A stretch of 40,561 nucleotides of DNA from an uncultured Alphaproteobacteria bacterium (GCA_964348545.1 CAYGDL010000002.1:1-40561); one strand, 5' to 3'. Numbered from the stretch's first letter, positions 1 to 9,520 are shown. The notes: generated from the sequence alone by a model not told the origin. Made by a program: numbers and translations.

Positions 1-372
1 CAGAAATTCTTCCCGGCTCAGGGTAAAGCGAAAATCCTCTTCGCCATCGCCATCGTCAGAGCCTTCCTTGCCGCCTTTGCCGCTGCCGCCCTGGGACTTG
101 TCGATCTGGTCACCCGTCAGATATTCCTTGTTGCCGGTAAACACGCGGCTGCGATTGCCACCATTGCGCGCATTGCGCAATTGCGGCTCTTCAATCCCTT
201 TTGCCGGAATGGTGATGGTTTCGCCGCTGGCAATATCGGTAACATTGCGGTCCTGCACGGATTTATTCACCACTTCCTTGATCCGCGCGCGCGCCCTGCG
301 CAAAAACCGCTGGCGATTGCCAAGGCTTTTGTCCTTGGGATTGGCACGCCGGTCAATGAAGTGATGATGCAT
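1..372 (-). CDS. yeaH: YeaH/YhbH-family protein (DUF444), N-terminal part only; the gene runs off the window edge
   Basis: Absent from the ORF track because it is open to the window edge. Reverse-strand ATG at 370-372, 24 nt after the prkA stop. My translation is MHHHFIDRRANPKDKSLGNRQRFLRRARARIKEVVNKSVQDRNVTDIASGETITIPAKGIEEPQLRNARNGGNRSRVFTGNKEYLTGDQIDKSQGGSGKGGKEGSDDGDGEEDFRFTLSREEFL. This fits the DUF444 N-terminus as I recall it (FIDRR...NRQRFL, Gly/acidic linker, LSREEFL) and the canonical prkA-yeaH gene order. Confidence 0.8.
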   Translation of the reverse strand, partial: MHHHFIDRRANPKDKSLGNRQRFLRRARARIKEVVNKSVQDRNVTDIASGETITIPAKGIEEPQLRNARNGGNRSRVFTGNKEYLTGDQIDKSQGGSGKGGKEGSDDGDGEEDFRFTLSREEFL

Positions 373-396
373 TACCTTGCTCCGATATACGCGTTA

Positions 397-2346
397 CTAA
401 CCTGCCTTGTTAACCCGGATGTACCACTCAACCAGCCTGCGCACCTGCCGCTCGGTATAGCCGCGACCGGTCATGCGATTGACGAACTCCGAATGCTTTT
501 CGTCAAGCTCATGATCTTTTTTCGCACCAAAGCTGATGACCGGCAGCAAGTCCTCGACCTGAGCAAACATGCGCTTCTCAATCACTTCACGCAGTTTTTC
601 GTAAGAGGTCCAGGCCGGGTTTCTGCCGTCATTATTGGCCCGCGCCCGCAACGCAAACTTGACCACTTCGTTTCGGAAATCCTTGGGATTGGCAATGCCC
701 GCAGGCTTTTCAATCTTGGACAATTCCGCATCCAGGACGTTGCGATTAAATATCTGCCCTGTATCCGGATCCTTGTAATCCTCGTCTTCGATCCAGGCAT
801 CGGCATAAGTGATATAGCGGTCGAACAGGTTCTGCCCATAATCGGAATAAGATTCGAGATAGGCTTTTTGAATCTCGTTACCGATAAATTCGGCATAGCG
901 CGGCGCCAGCTCGGATTTGATGAATTCAAGATAGCTGCCCTCGGTTTCATCCGGGAACTGTTCACGCCGCACCGCCTGTTCCAGCACATACATCAGATGC
1001 ACCGGATCGGCCGCAACCTCATCCGTGTCATAGTTGAAGGTCTGCGACAGCACCTTGAAGGCAAAGCGCGTGCTGATGCCATTCATGCCTTCATCCACAC
1101 CGGCGGAATCACGATATTCCTGCATCGAACGGGCCTTTGGATCGGTGTCCTTCAGGTTCTCACCGTCATAGACCCGCATCTTGGAATATAGCGACGAGTT
1201 CTCATGCTTGCGCAACCGCGTCAGCACACTGAACCGGGCCAGCATTTCAAGCGTGTCCGGCGCGCAGGATACGCTTTCCAGTTCGCTTTCGCGCAGCAGT
1301 TTTTGATAAATCCGCGCCTCGTCCGAGCTGCGCAGGCAATAGGGCACCTTGATCACACAGATACGATCCAGAAACGCCTCGTTATTTTTGTTCGCCTTGA
1401 ACTGCTGCCATTCGGACTCGTTCGAGTGGGCCAGAACAATGCCTTCGTAAGGGAACGCGCCGAAGCTTTCGGTCCCCAGGTAATTTCCTTCCTGGGTGGC
1501 CGTCAGCAATGGATGCAGAACCTTGATCGGCGCCTTGAACATTTCAACAAATTCCAGCAGGCCCTGTGTCGTCAGGTTAAGACCACCGCTATAGCTGTAG
1601 GCGTCGGGATCATTCTGGCTGAAATGTTCGAGCTGACGGATATCCACCTTGCCGACCAGTGCCGAAATATCCTGATTATTCTCATCGCCTGGCTCCGTCT
1701 TGGCCACGCCGATCTGACGCAGCTTGGAAGGGATAAGCTTGACCACTGAGAATTTGGAAATATCGCCGTTTAACTCATCAAGCCGCTTCACCGCCCAGGG
1801 CGAGATAATTCCCTTTAGCCTGCGTTGCGCGATGCCGTATTTGTTTTCAAGCAGATCGCCCATACGTTCGGAATTGAACAGGCCAAGCGGCGATTCAAAA
1901 ATCGGACTTATCTGATTGCCGACCTTTAACACGTAGATCGGCCGGTCTTCCATCAAGCGCTTCAACTGTTCGGCCAGCGAGGATTTGCCGCCGCCCACCG
2001 GGCCCAGCAGATACAGGATTTGTTTGCGTTCCTCTAGCCCCTGCGCAGAATAGCGCAGATAGCCGACGATCCGTTCGACCGTCTCTTCCATGCCATAAAA
2101 ATCTTTGAATGCCGGATAGCGCTTGATGGTGCGGTTTTGAAAAATCCGCCCGAGTCTCGGGTCGGCACTGGTGTCCACCACTTCAGGCTCACCAATCGCG
2201 GATATCAGGCGCTCGGCGGCGCTCGCGAAATATTCCGGGTGATCGCGGCACCCCATCAGATAATCCTGCAGGCTCATAACTTCCTGCTTTTCGCGAGTAT
2301 ACACCTCATTAAAGAGGTCAAAGACGTCGTTCATGGCGCACCTCAA
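397..2346 (-). CDS. prkA: PrkA-family serine protein kinase (AAA+ ATPase-like, YeaG homologue)
   Basis: 649-aa ORF of typical PrkA/YeaG length. P-loop LLGPVGGGKSSL. N-terminal region (FNEVYTREKQEVMSLQDYL...HPEYFASAAERL) is characteristic of PrkA. A DUF444 gene follows. Confidence 0.93.
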   Translation of the reverse strand: MRCAMNDVFDLFNEVYTREKQEVMSLQDYLMGCRDHPEYFASAAERLISAIGEPEVVDTSADPRLGRIFQNRTIKRYPAFKDFYGMEETVERIVGYLRYSAQGLEERKQILYLLGPVGGGKSSLAEQLKRLMEDRPIYVLKVGNQISPIFESPLGLFNSERMGDLLENKYGIAQRRLKGIISPWAVKRLDELNGDISKFSVVKLIPSKLRQIGVAKTEPGDENNQDISALVGKVDIRQLEHFSQNDPDAYSYSGGLNLTTQGLLEFVEMFKAPIKVLHPLLTATQEGNYLGTESFGAFPYEGIVLAHSNESEWQQFKANKNNEAFLDRICVIKVPYCLRSSDEARIYQKLLRESELESVSCAPDTLEMLARFSVLTRLRKHENSSLYSKMRVYDGENLKDTDPKARSMQEYRDSAGVDEGMNGISTRFAFKVLSQTFNYDTDEVAADPVHLMYVLEQAVRREQFPDETEGSYLEFIKSELAPRYAEFIGNEIQKAYLESYSDYGQNLFDRYITYADAWIEDEDYKDPDTGQIFNRNVLDAELSKIEKPAGIANPKDFRNEVVKFALRARANNDGRNPAWTSYEKLREVIEKRMFAQVEDLLPVISFGAKKDHELDEKHSEFVNRMTGRGYTERQVRRLVEWYIRVNKAG

Positions 2347-2460
2347 TGTTGCCTCGAAACTTGCCCCGCGCTGTCCTCTCGTCCGATCCCTACTGTTTTT
2401 TTATTAGGTTTCTGCTTGCCCGATGATGAGCCGTCCATGACTCACTCTAAGACTCCCCGT

Positions 2461-2476
2461 GCAATAACTATGCCCT
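2461..2476 (-). promoter_or_regulatory. Candidate sigma-54 (-24/-12) promoter for prkA-yeaH
   Basis: Reverse strand reads aGGGCATAGTTATTGC. GG and GC have the exact consensus spacing of TGGCAC-N5-TTGC (GGCA and TTGC match). It lies about 115 nt upstream of the prkA ATG in an AT-rich intergenic region. Single-site match only. Confidence 0.35.
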
Positions 2477-2692
2477 TTACATAGTTAACAAGAACTAAAA
2501 ATGCGATGTTATTTGGTCACATCGAATCATTAATTCCTGAATATCATTTAACGCCAAAAATTGGCTGATTCTGTAGATTTTTATGTGCTTTTCCCGAAGC
2601 GACACAAAATCAGTGCTACTGCGTGACATAGGCGCAACAACGCACACATGCCCGAAAAACATATTCAAAATCGCGCTTTCGGCAAAATCTGC

Positions 2693-4057
2693 CTATTTAT
2701 CCGTCACATAGGGATTTTCGCGGGCGCGCAACAGCAACCGGATCGGCACCCCTGGGATGTCAAAATCCTTGCGCAGGGAATTGATCAGATAGCGCGAATA
2801 AGAATCAGGCAACGATGCCGCGCGCGCCGTAAACACCGCAAATGCCGGTGGCCGGATACTGACCTGGGTCATATAGCGCAATTTAATGCGCCGCCCCTGC
2901 ACGGCTGGCGGGGGATGGCGTTCGGTTGCTTCCGCCAGCCACCGATTAAGCGCGGCCGTTGGAACGCGGCGGTTCCACAATGCATAAACTTTTTCCACCG
3001 CCGGCAACAACCTGTCTACCCCCCTGCCATTGAGCGCCGACAATGTCACCAGCGGCACGCCCGCCACCTGCGGCAAGGACAAATCCAGTTTCTGGCGCAA
3101 CCCGGCCAGTTGCGCCTTCGGGTCTTCGATCAAATCCCATTTGTTGACGGCAATGACCATGGCGCGGCCTTCGCGCGCCACCTGGTCGGCAATATGCAAA
3201 TCCTGTTTTTCGAACGGCTGTGTTGCGTCAATCAGCACAATTACGACTTCGGCAAAATTTAGCGCGCGCTTGGTGTCCTGGGTCGAAAGCCGTTCCAGCT
3301 TGCCTGTGACCCGCGCCTGTTTGCGCATGCCCGCCGTGTCGAACAATTCGATGGGGCGGCCCTTCCATTGCCATGAAACGCAAATCGAATCGCGCGTCAG
3401 GCCCGCCTCTGGTCCGGTCAGCATCCGCTGTTCGCCCACAAGCTGATTGATCAAGGTGGACTTGCCGGTATTGGGGCGCCCGACAATGGCAATTTTCAGG
3501 GGCGAATCCACAGCGTGAACTTCGCTCTCCTCAAATTCTTCGTCAAATTCTTCGCTGGAAACCGGCTCGGGCATATGCTTGCGCAGCGCATCATACAAAG
3601 CATCCAGCCCCTGACCATGTTCCGCCGACATGGCAATGGGCTCGCCAAGCCCCAGCGCGTAGCCTTCAAACTGCCCGGACTTGGCCGCATTGGTTTCACA
3701 TTTATTGGCGATCAGCAGCACCGGCGTTTTGCCCTTGCGCAACATCCCGGCAAAATGCGTATCAAGCGGCGTCACCCCCGCGCGGCCATCCATCATGAAC
3801 AGGCAGAGGTCGGCCTCGTCAATCGCGCGTTCGGTCTGGCGGCGCATGCGGCCTTCCATATCGTCGCTGGTGGATTCTTCCAGCCCCGCCGTATCAACAA
3901 CCGTGAATGTCAGATCGGCAAGTTTACCCTGCCCCTCGCGGCGATCACGTGTCACGCCCGGCGTGTCATCGACCAGCGCCAGCCGTTTGCCAACCAGCCG
4001 GTTGAACAAAGTCGATTTTCCGACATTAGGCCGGCCAATGATTGCAATTGTGAACAT
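2693..4057 (-). CDS. der: Ribosome-biogenesis GTPase Der (EngA), tandem GTPase domains
   Basis: 454 aa. Two G1 motifs (GRPNVGKST and GRPNTGKST), two DTAG G3 motifs and NKxD motifs (NKCE/NKWD), plus a KH-like C-terminus. Conserved position downstream of bamB. Confidence 0.96.
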   Translation of the reverse strand: MFTIAIIGRPNVGKSTLFNRLVGKRLALVDDTPGVTRDRREGQGKLADLTFTVVDTAGLEESTSDDMEGRMRRQTERAIDEADLCLFMMDGRAGVTPLDTHFAGMLRKGKTPVLLIANKCETNAAKSGQFEGYALGLGEPIAMSAEHGQGLDALYDALRKHMPEPVSSEEFDEEFEESEVHAVDSPLKIAIVGRPNTGKSTLINQLVGEQRMLTGPEAGLTRDSICVSWQWKGRPIELFDTAGMRKQARVTGKLERLSTQDTKRALNFAEVVIVLIDATQPFEKQDLHIADQVAREGRAMVIAVNKWDLIEDPKAQLAGLRQKLDLSLPQVAGVPLVTLSALNGRGVDRLLPAVEKVYALWNRRVPTAALNRWLAEATERHPPPAVQGRRIKLRYMTQVSIRPPAFAVFTARAASLPDSYSRYLINSLRKDFDIPGVPIRLLLRARENPYVTDK

Positions 4058-4063
4058 GATATT

Positions 4064-4148
4064 CAGAGGACAGAAGGCAGAGAACAGAGGACAGAAAAAA
4101 GGGAAGTCTTCTGCTATCTGTCTTCTGTCCTCTGCCCTGCGTCCTCTG
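4064..4148. repeat. Long imperfect inverted repeat of a purine-rich motif (CAGAGGACAGAAGGCAGA-type) filling the bamB-der intergenic gap
   Basis: Left arm 4064-4096 is cagaggacagaaggcagagaacagaggacagaa. Right arm 4109-4148 has reverse complement cagaggacgcagggcagaggacagaagacagatagcagaa. Related copies occur at 5487-5530 and 5643-5688. Confidence 0.7.
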
Positions 4149-5624
4149 CTATCGGTACGCTAATAATTGCGCATCCTGGGTCAATATATACAGCGTTTGG
4201 TTCGCGACGACGGGCGGCACAAAGGTGCCGTCGGGTATGGAAATATAGCTCAACACTTTGCCCGTAAATGGCGAAACCGATATCAATTGTCCAATGCTGG
4301 AAACCGCGATCAAGCGATCGCCGGCCAGCACTGGGCCGCTCCACTCAAGCCGGCCTTCCTGATCTTCCTGATCCTTGTAGCGCCGCAATTGCGTCACCCA
4401 GCGCACCCGCCCATCGCGGCGCGACAATGCGGTAATTTCGCCTTCCAGCGTAATTAGATAGATGAAATCGCCCGCGATCCAGGGGGTCTGAACGCCGGCA
4501 ATATTGCGGGTCCAAATCCGTTCACCAGTGCGCAGATCAATCGAAACAATATTGCCGGAATGACTGATGGCGAAGACCCGGCCCCGATCAATGACCGGAC
4601 GCCCCGCAATGTCGTTCAACTCGGAAATGGGTGTCAGATGGCTGCTTTTGATCAGCGTATCGGTCCAGGCGGTGCGGCCATTTTCAGCGCGCAACGCCAC
4701 CAGTTCGCCGGATGTAAAGGGCGCGACAACCGTATCCCCCGCCACCGCCGGTGACGCGCTGGCCAGTATGCCCGCACTTTCCACCAGGGCCTGATAGTTC
4801 CACAATACCCGCCCATCATCGGCCGACAGCGCATAAAGCTGATTATCCTGTGTGGTGGCGAACACCCGTCCGCCATTCACTGTGGGGGCGCTGCGAATGG
4901 GGACGTTCACGGGCCGACGCCAAATTTCTTTCCCGGTTTTGGCGTCCAGCGCCGCCACAAATCCGTATCCACTGGTTACAAAAACCCGTCCGCCCTCAAA
5001 GGCGATGCCGCCTCCAAAGGAAGCATCTGCGGTTTCGGCGCCCCCCGACACAAAGGGAACTGAAGGAGGCCAGATACTGAACCCGAATTGCGTTTCACCT
5101 TCGGCCTTGAGCACGGTGCGCCAAATGCGATTGCCTTTTTTCTCGTCCAGAGCAGAGATGCCGGATTGCGCGTCCAGAACATAGATCGTGCCTTCGGCAA
5201 TAATCGGCTCCGCCAGAATGCGGGTGTTGCCGCCAGCGCCCTTGCCGCCATCGCCGCTCCAGGCCCTGTCGGGTGCTTCAGCCAGTGCGAGATGGTGCAT
5301 CGCATGATCGGCATAACCGCCCGGTTGTGGCCAATCCGCGTTCACATAGGGCTTGGGAATCATGACCTCGACCTCGCCGATGCGCGGATCGGCTTCCAGT
5401 TTCTGGTCCAGAGCCAGAATGGAAATCCGTTCACCCTTGAGTTTCGGTCCACCCGAAGCCTTGAACAGACTGCATCCTGTCAGGGCCAGAAGACAGAAGG
5501 CAGATAGCAGAAGACAGAGGACAAAAGACACGGGACCGCGCCCGTCTGACGGCTTGTCGCTCAAATTTCGACGGGCAATGGGGGAGGACTGAAGGCCATA
5601 AGTCACGCGCATTGAATGATTCAC
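4149..5624 (-). CDS. bamB: Outer membrane protein assembly factor BamB (PQQ-like beta-propeller lipoprotein)
   Basis: 491-aa ORF. Lipoprotein signal with lipobox LALTGC. Repeated beta-propeller blades (e.g. [55 protein letters not shown]). Sits in the yfgM-bamB-der order. The start is a GTG at 5624 that overlaps the upstream stop (GTGA); an ATG at 5612 is an alternative. Confidence 0.85.
   Translation of the reverse strand: MNHSMRVTYGLQSSPIARRNLSDKPSDGRGPVSFVLCLLLSAFCLLALTGCSLFKASGGPKLKGERISILALDQKLEADPRIGEVEVMIPKPYVNADWPQPGGYADHAMHHLALAEAPDRAWSGDGGKGAGGNTRILAEPIIAEGTIYVLDAQSGISALDEKKGNRIWRTVLKAEGETQFGFSIWPPSVPFVSGGAETADASFGGGIAFEGGRVFVTSGYGFVAALDAKTGKEIWRRPVNVPIRSAPTVNGGRVFATTQDNQLYALSADDGRVLWNYQALVESAGILASASPAVAGDTVVAPFTSGELVALRAENGRTAWTDTLIKSSHLTPISELNDIAGRPVIDRGRVFAISHSGNIVSIDLRTGERIWTRNIAGVQTPWIAGDFIYLITLEGEITALSRRDGRVRWVTQLRRYKDQEDQEGRLEWSGPVLAGDRLIAVSSIGQLISVSPFTGKVLSYISIPDGTFVPPVVANQTLYILTQDAQLLAYR
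5487..5530. repeat. Purine-rich repeat copy inside the bamB 5' coding region
   Basis: The sequence cagaagacagaaggcagatagcagaagacagaggacaaaagaca is near-identical over about 22 nt to the reverse complement of 4109-4130. On the coding (minus) strand it specifies the signal-peptide h-region [15 protein letters not shown]. Confidence 0.65.
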
Positions 5625-6331
5625 CTGTTCCCAATTCCCTGACTTTCTTCCTCTGCTTTCTGTCCTCGGTCTTCTGACCTCTGGTCTTGGGGCAGCGTCT
5701 GCAAGATTTCGGCAGCGCGGGCACGTATCCCCCTGGGGGCATCCAGCGCATCGGCAAGCATCTGAAATTGCTTGCGCGCATCATCCACCATATTCTCACG
5801 CAAGGCCAGAAAAGCGAGCATCTCGCGCGCCGAATGCCGCACCGGCCCATCATCTTTCGCCAGCCCATTCAGCCGCAATTTCAGTTCATCTGCGCTGGTG
5901 GTGTCAAACAGCAACAAAGCCGCCTTGAACGAAGACACCGCGCGTAATAAGGGGTCCAATGCGCTATCCGCCGCCAGCGCATCATAGGCAGCGATCGCGC
6001 CGGGCGCATTAGCGGCATCCAGCTTGGCGGCGGCTTCTTTCATGCGCCCCAGCAGGGCGTATCCATCTATACCGGTTTCCTGGGCCAGCCTGGTAAAATG
6101 CGCTACAGCCTCAGCGGGCTTGCCATCCAGCAGCAGCCTTTCACCGGCCAGAAACTGTATTGCCGCCGCCTCACGCTGCGCCTGCCTGCTGTCCTGCCAA
6201 TACACAAACGCGCCCGTCGCCATGACGATGGCCACCGCAGCGCCAATGACAAAGATCGCGTAACGGTCCCACAGGGCCTTTATCCGGGCGCTACGGACAT
6301 CTTCTTCTACTTCCCGAAAAATATCGCTCAA
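5621..6331 (-). CDS. YfgM-like membrane-anchored tetratricopeptide-repeat protein
   Basis: 236 aa. Has the N-terminal charged segment plus a single TM helix (YAIFVIGAAVAIVMATGAFVYW) followed by Ala-rich TPR-like helices, as in YfgM. Lies immediately upstream of bamB, which is conserved synteny. The C-terminal tail QRSEDRGQKAEEESQ is encoded by repeat copy 5643-5688. Confidence 0.7.
   Translation of the reverse strand: MSDIFREVEEDVRSARIKALWDRYAIFVIGAAVAIVMATGAFVYWQDSRQAQREAAAIQFLAGERLLLDGKPAEAVAHFTRLAQETGIDGYALLGRMKEAAAKLDAANAPGAIAAYDALAADSALDPLLRAVSSFKAALLLFDTTSADELKLRLNGLAKDDGPVRHSAREMLAFLALRENMVDDARKQFQMLADALDAPRGIRARAAEILQTLPQDQRSEDRGQKAEEESQGIGNR
5643..5688. repeat. Purine-rich repeat copy (inverted orientation) in the 3' end of the yfgM-like gene
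   Basis: Reverse complement is caagaccagaggtcagaagaccgaggacagaaagcagaggaagaaag. It shares CAGAAGAC(A/C)GAGGACA(A/G)AA with 5511-5530. Together with 5487-5530 it forms an inverted pair bracketing the bamB start codon. Confidence 0.6.
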
Positions 6332-6537
6332 ACCAGTGCCTCAAAAACAGCTAAAGAATCACGCCGCCCCGACAGGCCGCCGGAGCATTCAAATTGTCCC
6401 CCCATTTATCAGGATTATGCGGCGCTGGCAAAGAAACCCCACAATTATGGCTTTTTAGAGGAAATTCAGGCTATTTTACAGGCTGTACATCGACTTCACA
6501 CCATAACCCCGCCAATGGGGATTTCAGGGAGACAGCC

Positions 6538-7506
6538 ATGAACTATGTCAATCTCGGCGCCACGGGTCTCAGGGTTTCAAAAATTTGTCTGGGCTGCATG
6601 ACCTATGGGTCTGCCAAATGGCGGCCATGGGTGCTGGAGGATGCGGCGTCGCAGCCATTGCTGCGCCGGGCGCTGGAACTGGGCATCAATTTTTTTGATA
6701 CGGCCAATGTCTATTCCACCGGGGTGAGCGAAGAAATTTTGGGCCGCGCCATCCAGCAATATGGTGATCGCGATAATATGGTGATTGCGACCAAGCTGTT
6801 TTTTCCGATGAATTCCGGTCCCAACGGCATGGGCCTGTCGCGTAAGCATATTATGCAGGCCATTGACGCCAGCCTGAAGCGCCTGCAAATGGACTATATC
6901 GATCTCTATCAAATCCACCGCTTCGATCCGCGCACCCCGCTGGAAGAAACCCTGGATGCGCTGAACGATGTGGTGCGGGCGGGCAAGGTGCGCTATCTCG
7001 GCGCATCCAGCATGCATGCCTGGCAATTCATGAAGATGCTGGCCATTCAGCAACGCGAAGGCTTTGCCCGCTTTGTGTCCATGCAGAACCAGTACAGCCT
7101 GTTATACCGCGAAGAAGAACGCGAAATGGTTCCACTGTGCAAGGAAGAAGGAATCGGCATGATCCCCTGGTCGCCATTGGCGCGCGGACTGCTTGCGGGC
7201 AGTCGCGCTGCGGGCACACAGCGCGCCCAGACCGACGAGATGATGGCGCAACTGTTCAACCCCGAAGCCGACCAGCCCATTATCGACGCCGTAGCCGACA
7301 TTGCCCGCGCGCATAATACCGGCATGGCGCAGGTGGCGCTGGCCTGGCTGATGTCAAAACAGCCCGTATCCGCCCCCATTATCGGCGCCTCCAAAATGGC
7401 GCAGCTTGATGATGCGGTTGCATCTGTGGATGTCAAACTGAGCGCCGACGAAATCAGACAATTGGAGGCCCCCTACCGGCCCCGCCAGATCATTGCGTTC
7501 CGGTAA
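6538..7506 (+). CDS. Aldo/keto reductase family oxidoreductase
   Basis: The ORF track starts at 6394. I place the start at ATG 6538 (MNYVNLGATGLRVSKICLGCMTYG, the typical AKR N-terminus) with GGGAGA 6 nt upstream. The motif DTANVYS and the overall length fit the AKR11/13-type family. Confidence 0.88.
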   Translation: MNYVNLGATGLRVSKICLGCMTYGSAKWRPWVLEDAASQPLLRRALELGINFFDTANVYSTGVSEEILGRAIQQYGDRDNMVIATKLFFPMNSGPNGMGLSRKHIMQAIDASLKRLQMDYIDLYQIHRFDPRTPLEETLDALNDVVRAGKVRYLGASSMHAWQFMKMLAIQQREGFARFVSMQNQYSLLYREEEREMVPLCKEEGIGMIPWSPLARGLLAGSRAAGTQRAQTDEMMAQLFNPEADQPIIDAVADIARAHNTGMAQVALAWLMSKQPVSAPIIGASKMAQLDDAVASVDVKLSADEIRQLEAPYRPRQIIAFR

Positions 7507-7921
7507 TCTTTGGCAGCGGCGGTTGCGCGTCAAAATTTATCCTTGTTTCAATGCCTGAAGCCCAGGCAAAGGCCGAGCGCCGCCAGATCTGGACAGATGG
7601 CGTCAGTTCCTTGGCCTGGCGCGCCGTGCCAAGACGCAGTGAGAAGGTCTGCGGATTGACGGGTTCCGTGCCATACAGATGCGTTCCACATTCAGGACAA
7701 AATGCCAGCGCCCGCTTTGCGCCACTTGCAGCGGTTTTGACATAGGTTTTCAATTGTCCTGTCACGAGGTGAAAATCATCCTTGCCGACCGGCACAACCA
7801 CACGAAACGCTGATCCCGAATTGATCTGACAATCCGTACAATGACAGATCGCGACCCGCTCGGGATTAATGTCCGCCTTATAGGTGATCAACCCGCACAG
7901 GCAGCCGCCGTCAATTTTCAT
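7490..7921 (-). CDS. GFA-family protein (glutathione-dependent formaldehyde-activating / CENP-V-like zinc protein)
   Basis: 143 aa. Has the Cys pattern GGCLCG...CHCTDCQ...CPECG typical of the GFA family. Its 3' end overlaps the convergent AKR gene by 17 nt. Confidence 0.85.
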   Translation of the reverse strand: MKIDGGCLCGLITYKADINPERVAICHCTDCQINSGSAFRVVVPVGKDDFHLVTGQLKTYVKTAASGAKRALAFCPECGTHLYGTEPVNPQTFSLRLGTARQAKELTPSVQIWRRSAFAWASGIETRINFDAQPPLPKITGTQ

Positions 7922-8114
7922 AACACTTCATCCTTCCTCAACATTGGGCATGTCAATCTATCTGGATATTCGCCTTGTTGATAAGAAATCCTCTGGCAGG
8001 CTGCTGGAAAACTACAGCTTATATTTATGTGATGCGGAGCGCGGCTTTCGCAGCGCGAAGCGTTGCAACGAAACCCACGCAGCACAACCGATCCGGACGC
8101 CCGGCTGTAGCGCA

Positions 8115-8160
8115 TCCCCCGTCGCCTTCGGCTATGGGGGACAAGGATGGGGGGACAAAG
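8115..8160. repeat. C5/G5 repeat element, short copy
   Basis: The sequence tcccccgtcgccttcggctatgggggacaaggatggggggacaaag matches 31139-31183 at about 43 of 46 positions. It contains the hairpin CCCCCGTCGCC/GGCTATGGGGG. Confidence 0.7.
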
Positions 8161-8503
8161 AGGGCAAAGGCAAGCGCAAACGCATTGAAGAAATCTCCTG
8201 AAGGTTCAGGGGTACAAATAAAGGCGCCACGGCTCTGTCCGGAAAAAGACTCTCCCAAACGCCCCTGGCGGACCAGCGGTTATAGTGCTGGAACACGCTG
8301 TTCCAGTTGGTCGCATGAAGCTTCATGCATTTGCCGAATTCTTCCGGAAGTTCACGCCAATGCGCGCCTGTGCGGGCAATCCATAACACGGCGTCAACAA
8401 AACGCCGGTTGTTCTTTGCCGTCACGCCAGTGTCGCCTTTTTTGCCAGGCAAAAGATGTTTTATTTTCCGCCATTGGTCGTCGCGCAATTCGTATCGTGC
8501 CAT
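8132..8503 (-). pseudogene. IS5-family transposase fragment (N-terminal DUF4096-type region only)
   Basis: From ATG 8503 the translation is MARYELRDDQWRKIKHLLPGKKGDTGVTAKNNRRFVDAVLWIARTGAHWRELPEEFG[KCMKLHAT]NWNSVFQHYNRWSARGVWESLF. This fits the N-terminus of IS5/IS1182-type transposases with an extra 8 codons. Similarity stops near 8243, and no DDE domain and no terminal inverted repeats were found. Confidence 0.7.
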
Positions 8504-8653
8504 GCCTGCTGACCTCCTCTCAGCAAGCAGCTTGAGGCACACTCCATCCGATTTGTGAATCCTAAATGTCAACGGAACCTGGGTGTCATTTCTCACCACG
8601 AAGGAGGCGCTGGCGTCAGCGTCAGATTCCATTCATATTTCACGGTAAAAAAA

Positions 8654-8681
8654 TTGACTTTCAATATATTTACACTATATT
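8654..8681 (+). promoter_or_regulatory. Candidate sigma-70 promoter for cysH
   Basis: TTGACT (8654-8659), a 16-nt spacer, then TATATT (8676-8681), in a very AT-rich tract 50-75 nt upstream of the cysH ATG. Confidence 0.3.
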
Positions 8682-8729
8682 GTGCTATGTAAGTTTGTAT
8701 AACATATAATTTTATGTTGAATAGGCGTC

Positions 8730-9458
8730 ATGGTTCAGCCCTCCCCGCAGCCCCTTCTCACGCGACTCGATGCGCTTCAGCGCGCCCATGCGCATGCCAC
8801 CACGTCCGAATTGCTGCGCGCGATGATTGCGAAGGAATTTACCGGACGCATTGCCATTGTGTCGTCTTTTGGGGCTGAATCCGCTGTATTATTGCACCTG
8901 ATTGCCACCATCGACCCGACAACGCCAGTGCTGTTCCTGAACACGGGCAAATTGTTCGGCGAAACCCTGCGCTATCGTGATCGCCTGCAAGAAATACTGG
9001 GCCTGACAGATCTGCGCGCCATTGGACCGCACCCGGTCGACCGGGCGCACCGGGATCCGGAAGGCAATCTGTGGTCAAAAGACCCGAATGCCTGCTGCAA
9101 CTTCCGCAAGACCATCCCATTGGCGCGGGCCATGGAAGGATTTGACGCCTGGATAACCGGGCGCAAGCGCTTCCAGACAGAGGATCGCTCCGACATGGAG
9201 ACCATCGAAATGGTCGGATCCCGCTATCGGATCAACCCTCTGGCGCACTGGTCCCAGGCCGATCTGGACGCCTATATGCGCGATCATCACCTGCCGGCCC
9301 ATCCGCTGGTTCGTGATGGCTATCTGTCGATTGGCTGCATGTCCTGCACCTCCCGCGTAGAAGCGGGCGAAGACGCCCGCTCGGGCCGCTGGCGGGGCCA
9401 GGACAAGACAGAATGTGGCATTCATGTCGATACGTTTACCGATGGTGGCGGCATCTAA
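8730..9458 (+). CDS. cysH: Phosphoadenosine/adenosine 5'-phosphosulfate reductase (Fe-S type CysH)
   Basis: 242 aa. PP-loop-like region SSFGAESAVLLHL, Cys pairs CC...CxxC (ACCNFRK, GCMSCT) typical of the cluster-containing APS-reductase type, and the C-terminal catalytic ECGIH motif. Confidence 0.9.
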   Translation: MVQPSPQPLLTRLDALQRAHAHATTSELLRAMIAKEFTGRIAIVSSFGAESAVLLHLIATIDPTTPVLFLNTGKLFGETLRYRDRLQEILGLTDLRAIGPHPVDRAHRDPEGNLWSKDPNACCNFRKTIPLARAMEGFDAWITGRKRFQTEDRSDMETIEMVGSRYRINPLAHWSQADLDAYMRDHHLPAHPLVRDGYLSIGCMSCTSRVEAGEDARSGRWRGQDKTECGIHVDTFTDGGGI

Positions 9459-9520
9459 TTGACGCCAGGGGCAGATGCAGCTTGTGAAATTGGCTGCAAT
9501 TTGCTACTCCCCCCAAGAAT

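Noticed and set aside
181-1191. Long plus-strand ORF (336 aa) antisense to prkA. Similar long antisense ORFs occur at 1204-1749, 2648-3262, 3515-4267, 9982-11196, 11490-12521, 14306-14980, 17890-18453, 32110-32667, 33318-34421, 34264-35208, 34991-35623, 35949-37238, 38100-39284 and 39423-39980.
   Set aside because: Each lies opposite a gene with unmistakable family motifs. The translations are Arg/Gly/His/Pro-rich low-complexity strings with no recognisable domains. They are typical shadow ORFs in GC-rich coding DNA.
7490-7506. 17-nt overlap of the convergent AKR and GFA genes.
   Set aside because: Short convergent 3' overlaps are common and need no special explanation. It could also shrink if the true GFA C-terminus differs.
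7884-8535. Plus-strand ORFs 7884-8201 and 7975-8535 in the IS5 scar region.
   Set aside because: They have no recognisable domains, are antisense to the transposase fragment, run across repeat sequence and have an odd composition. They are likely non-coding.
9476-9498. Hairpin TGCAGC-N11-GCTGCA after cysH, considered as a terminator.
   Set aside because: It has a 6-bp stem, a large loop and no following U-tract. It sits just before the tRNA gene and could equally be fortuitous.
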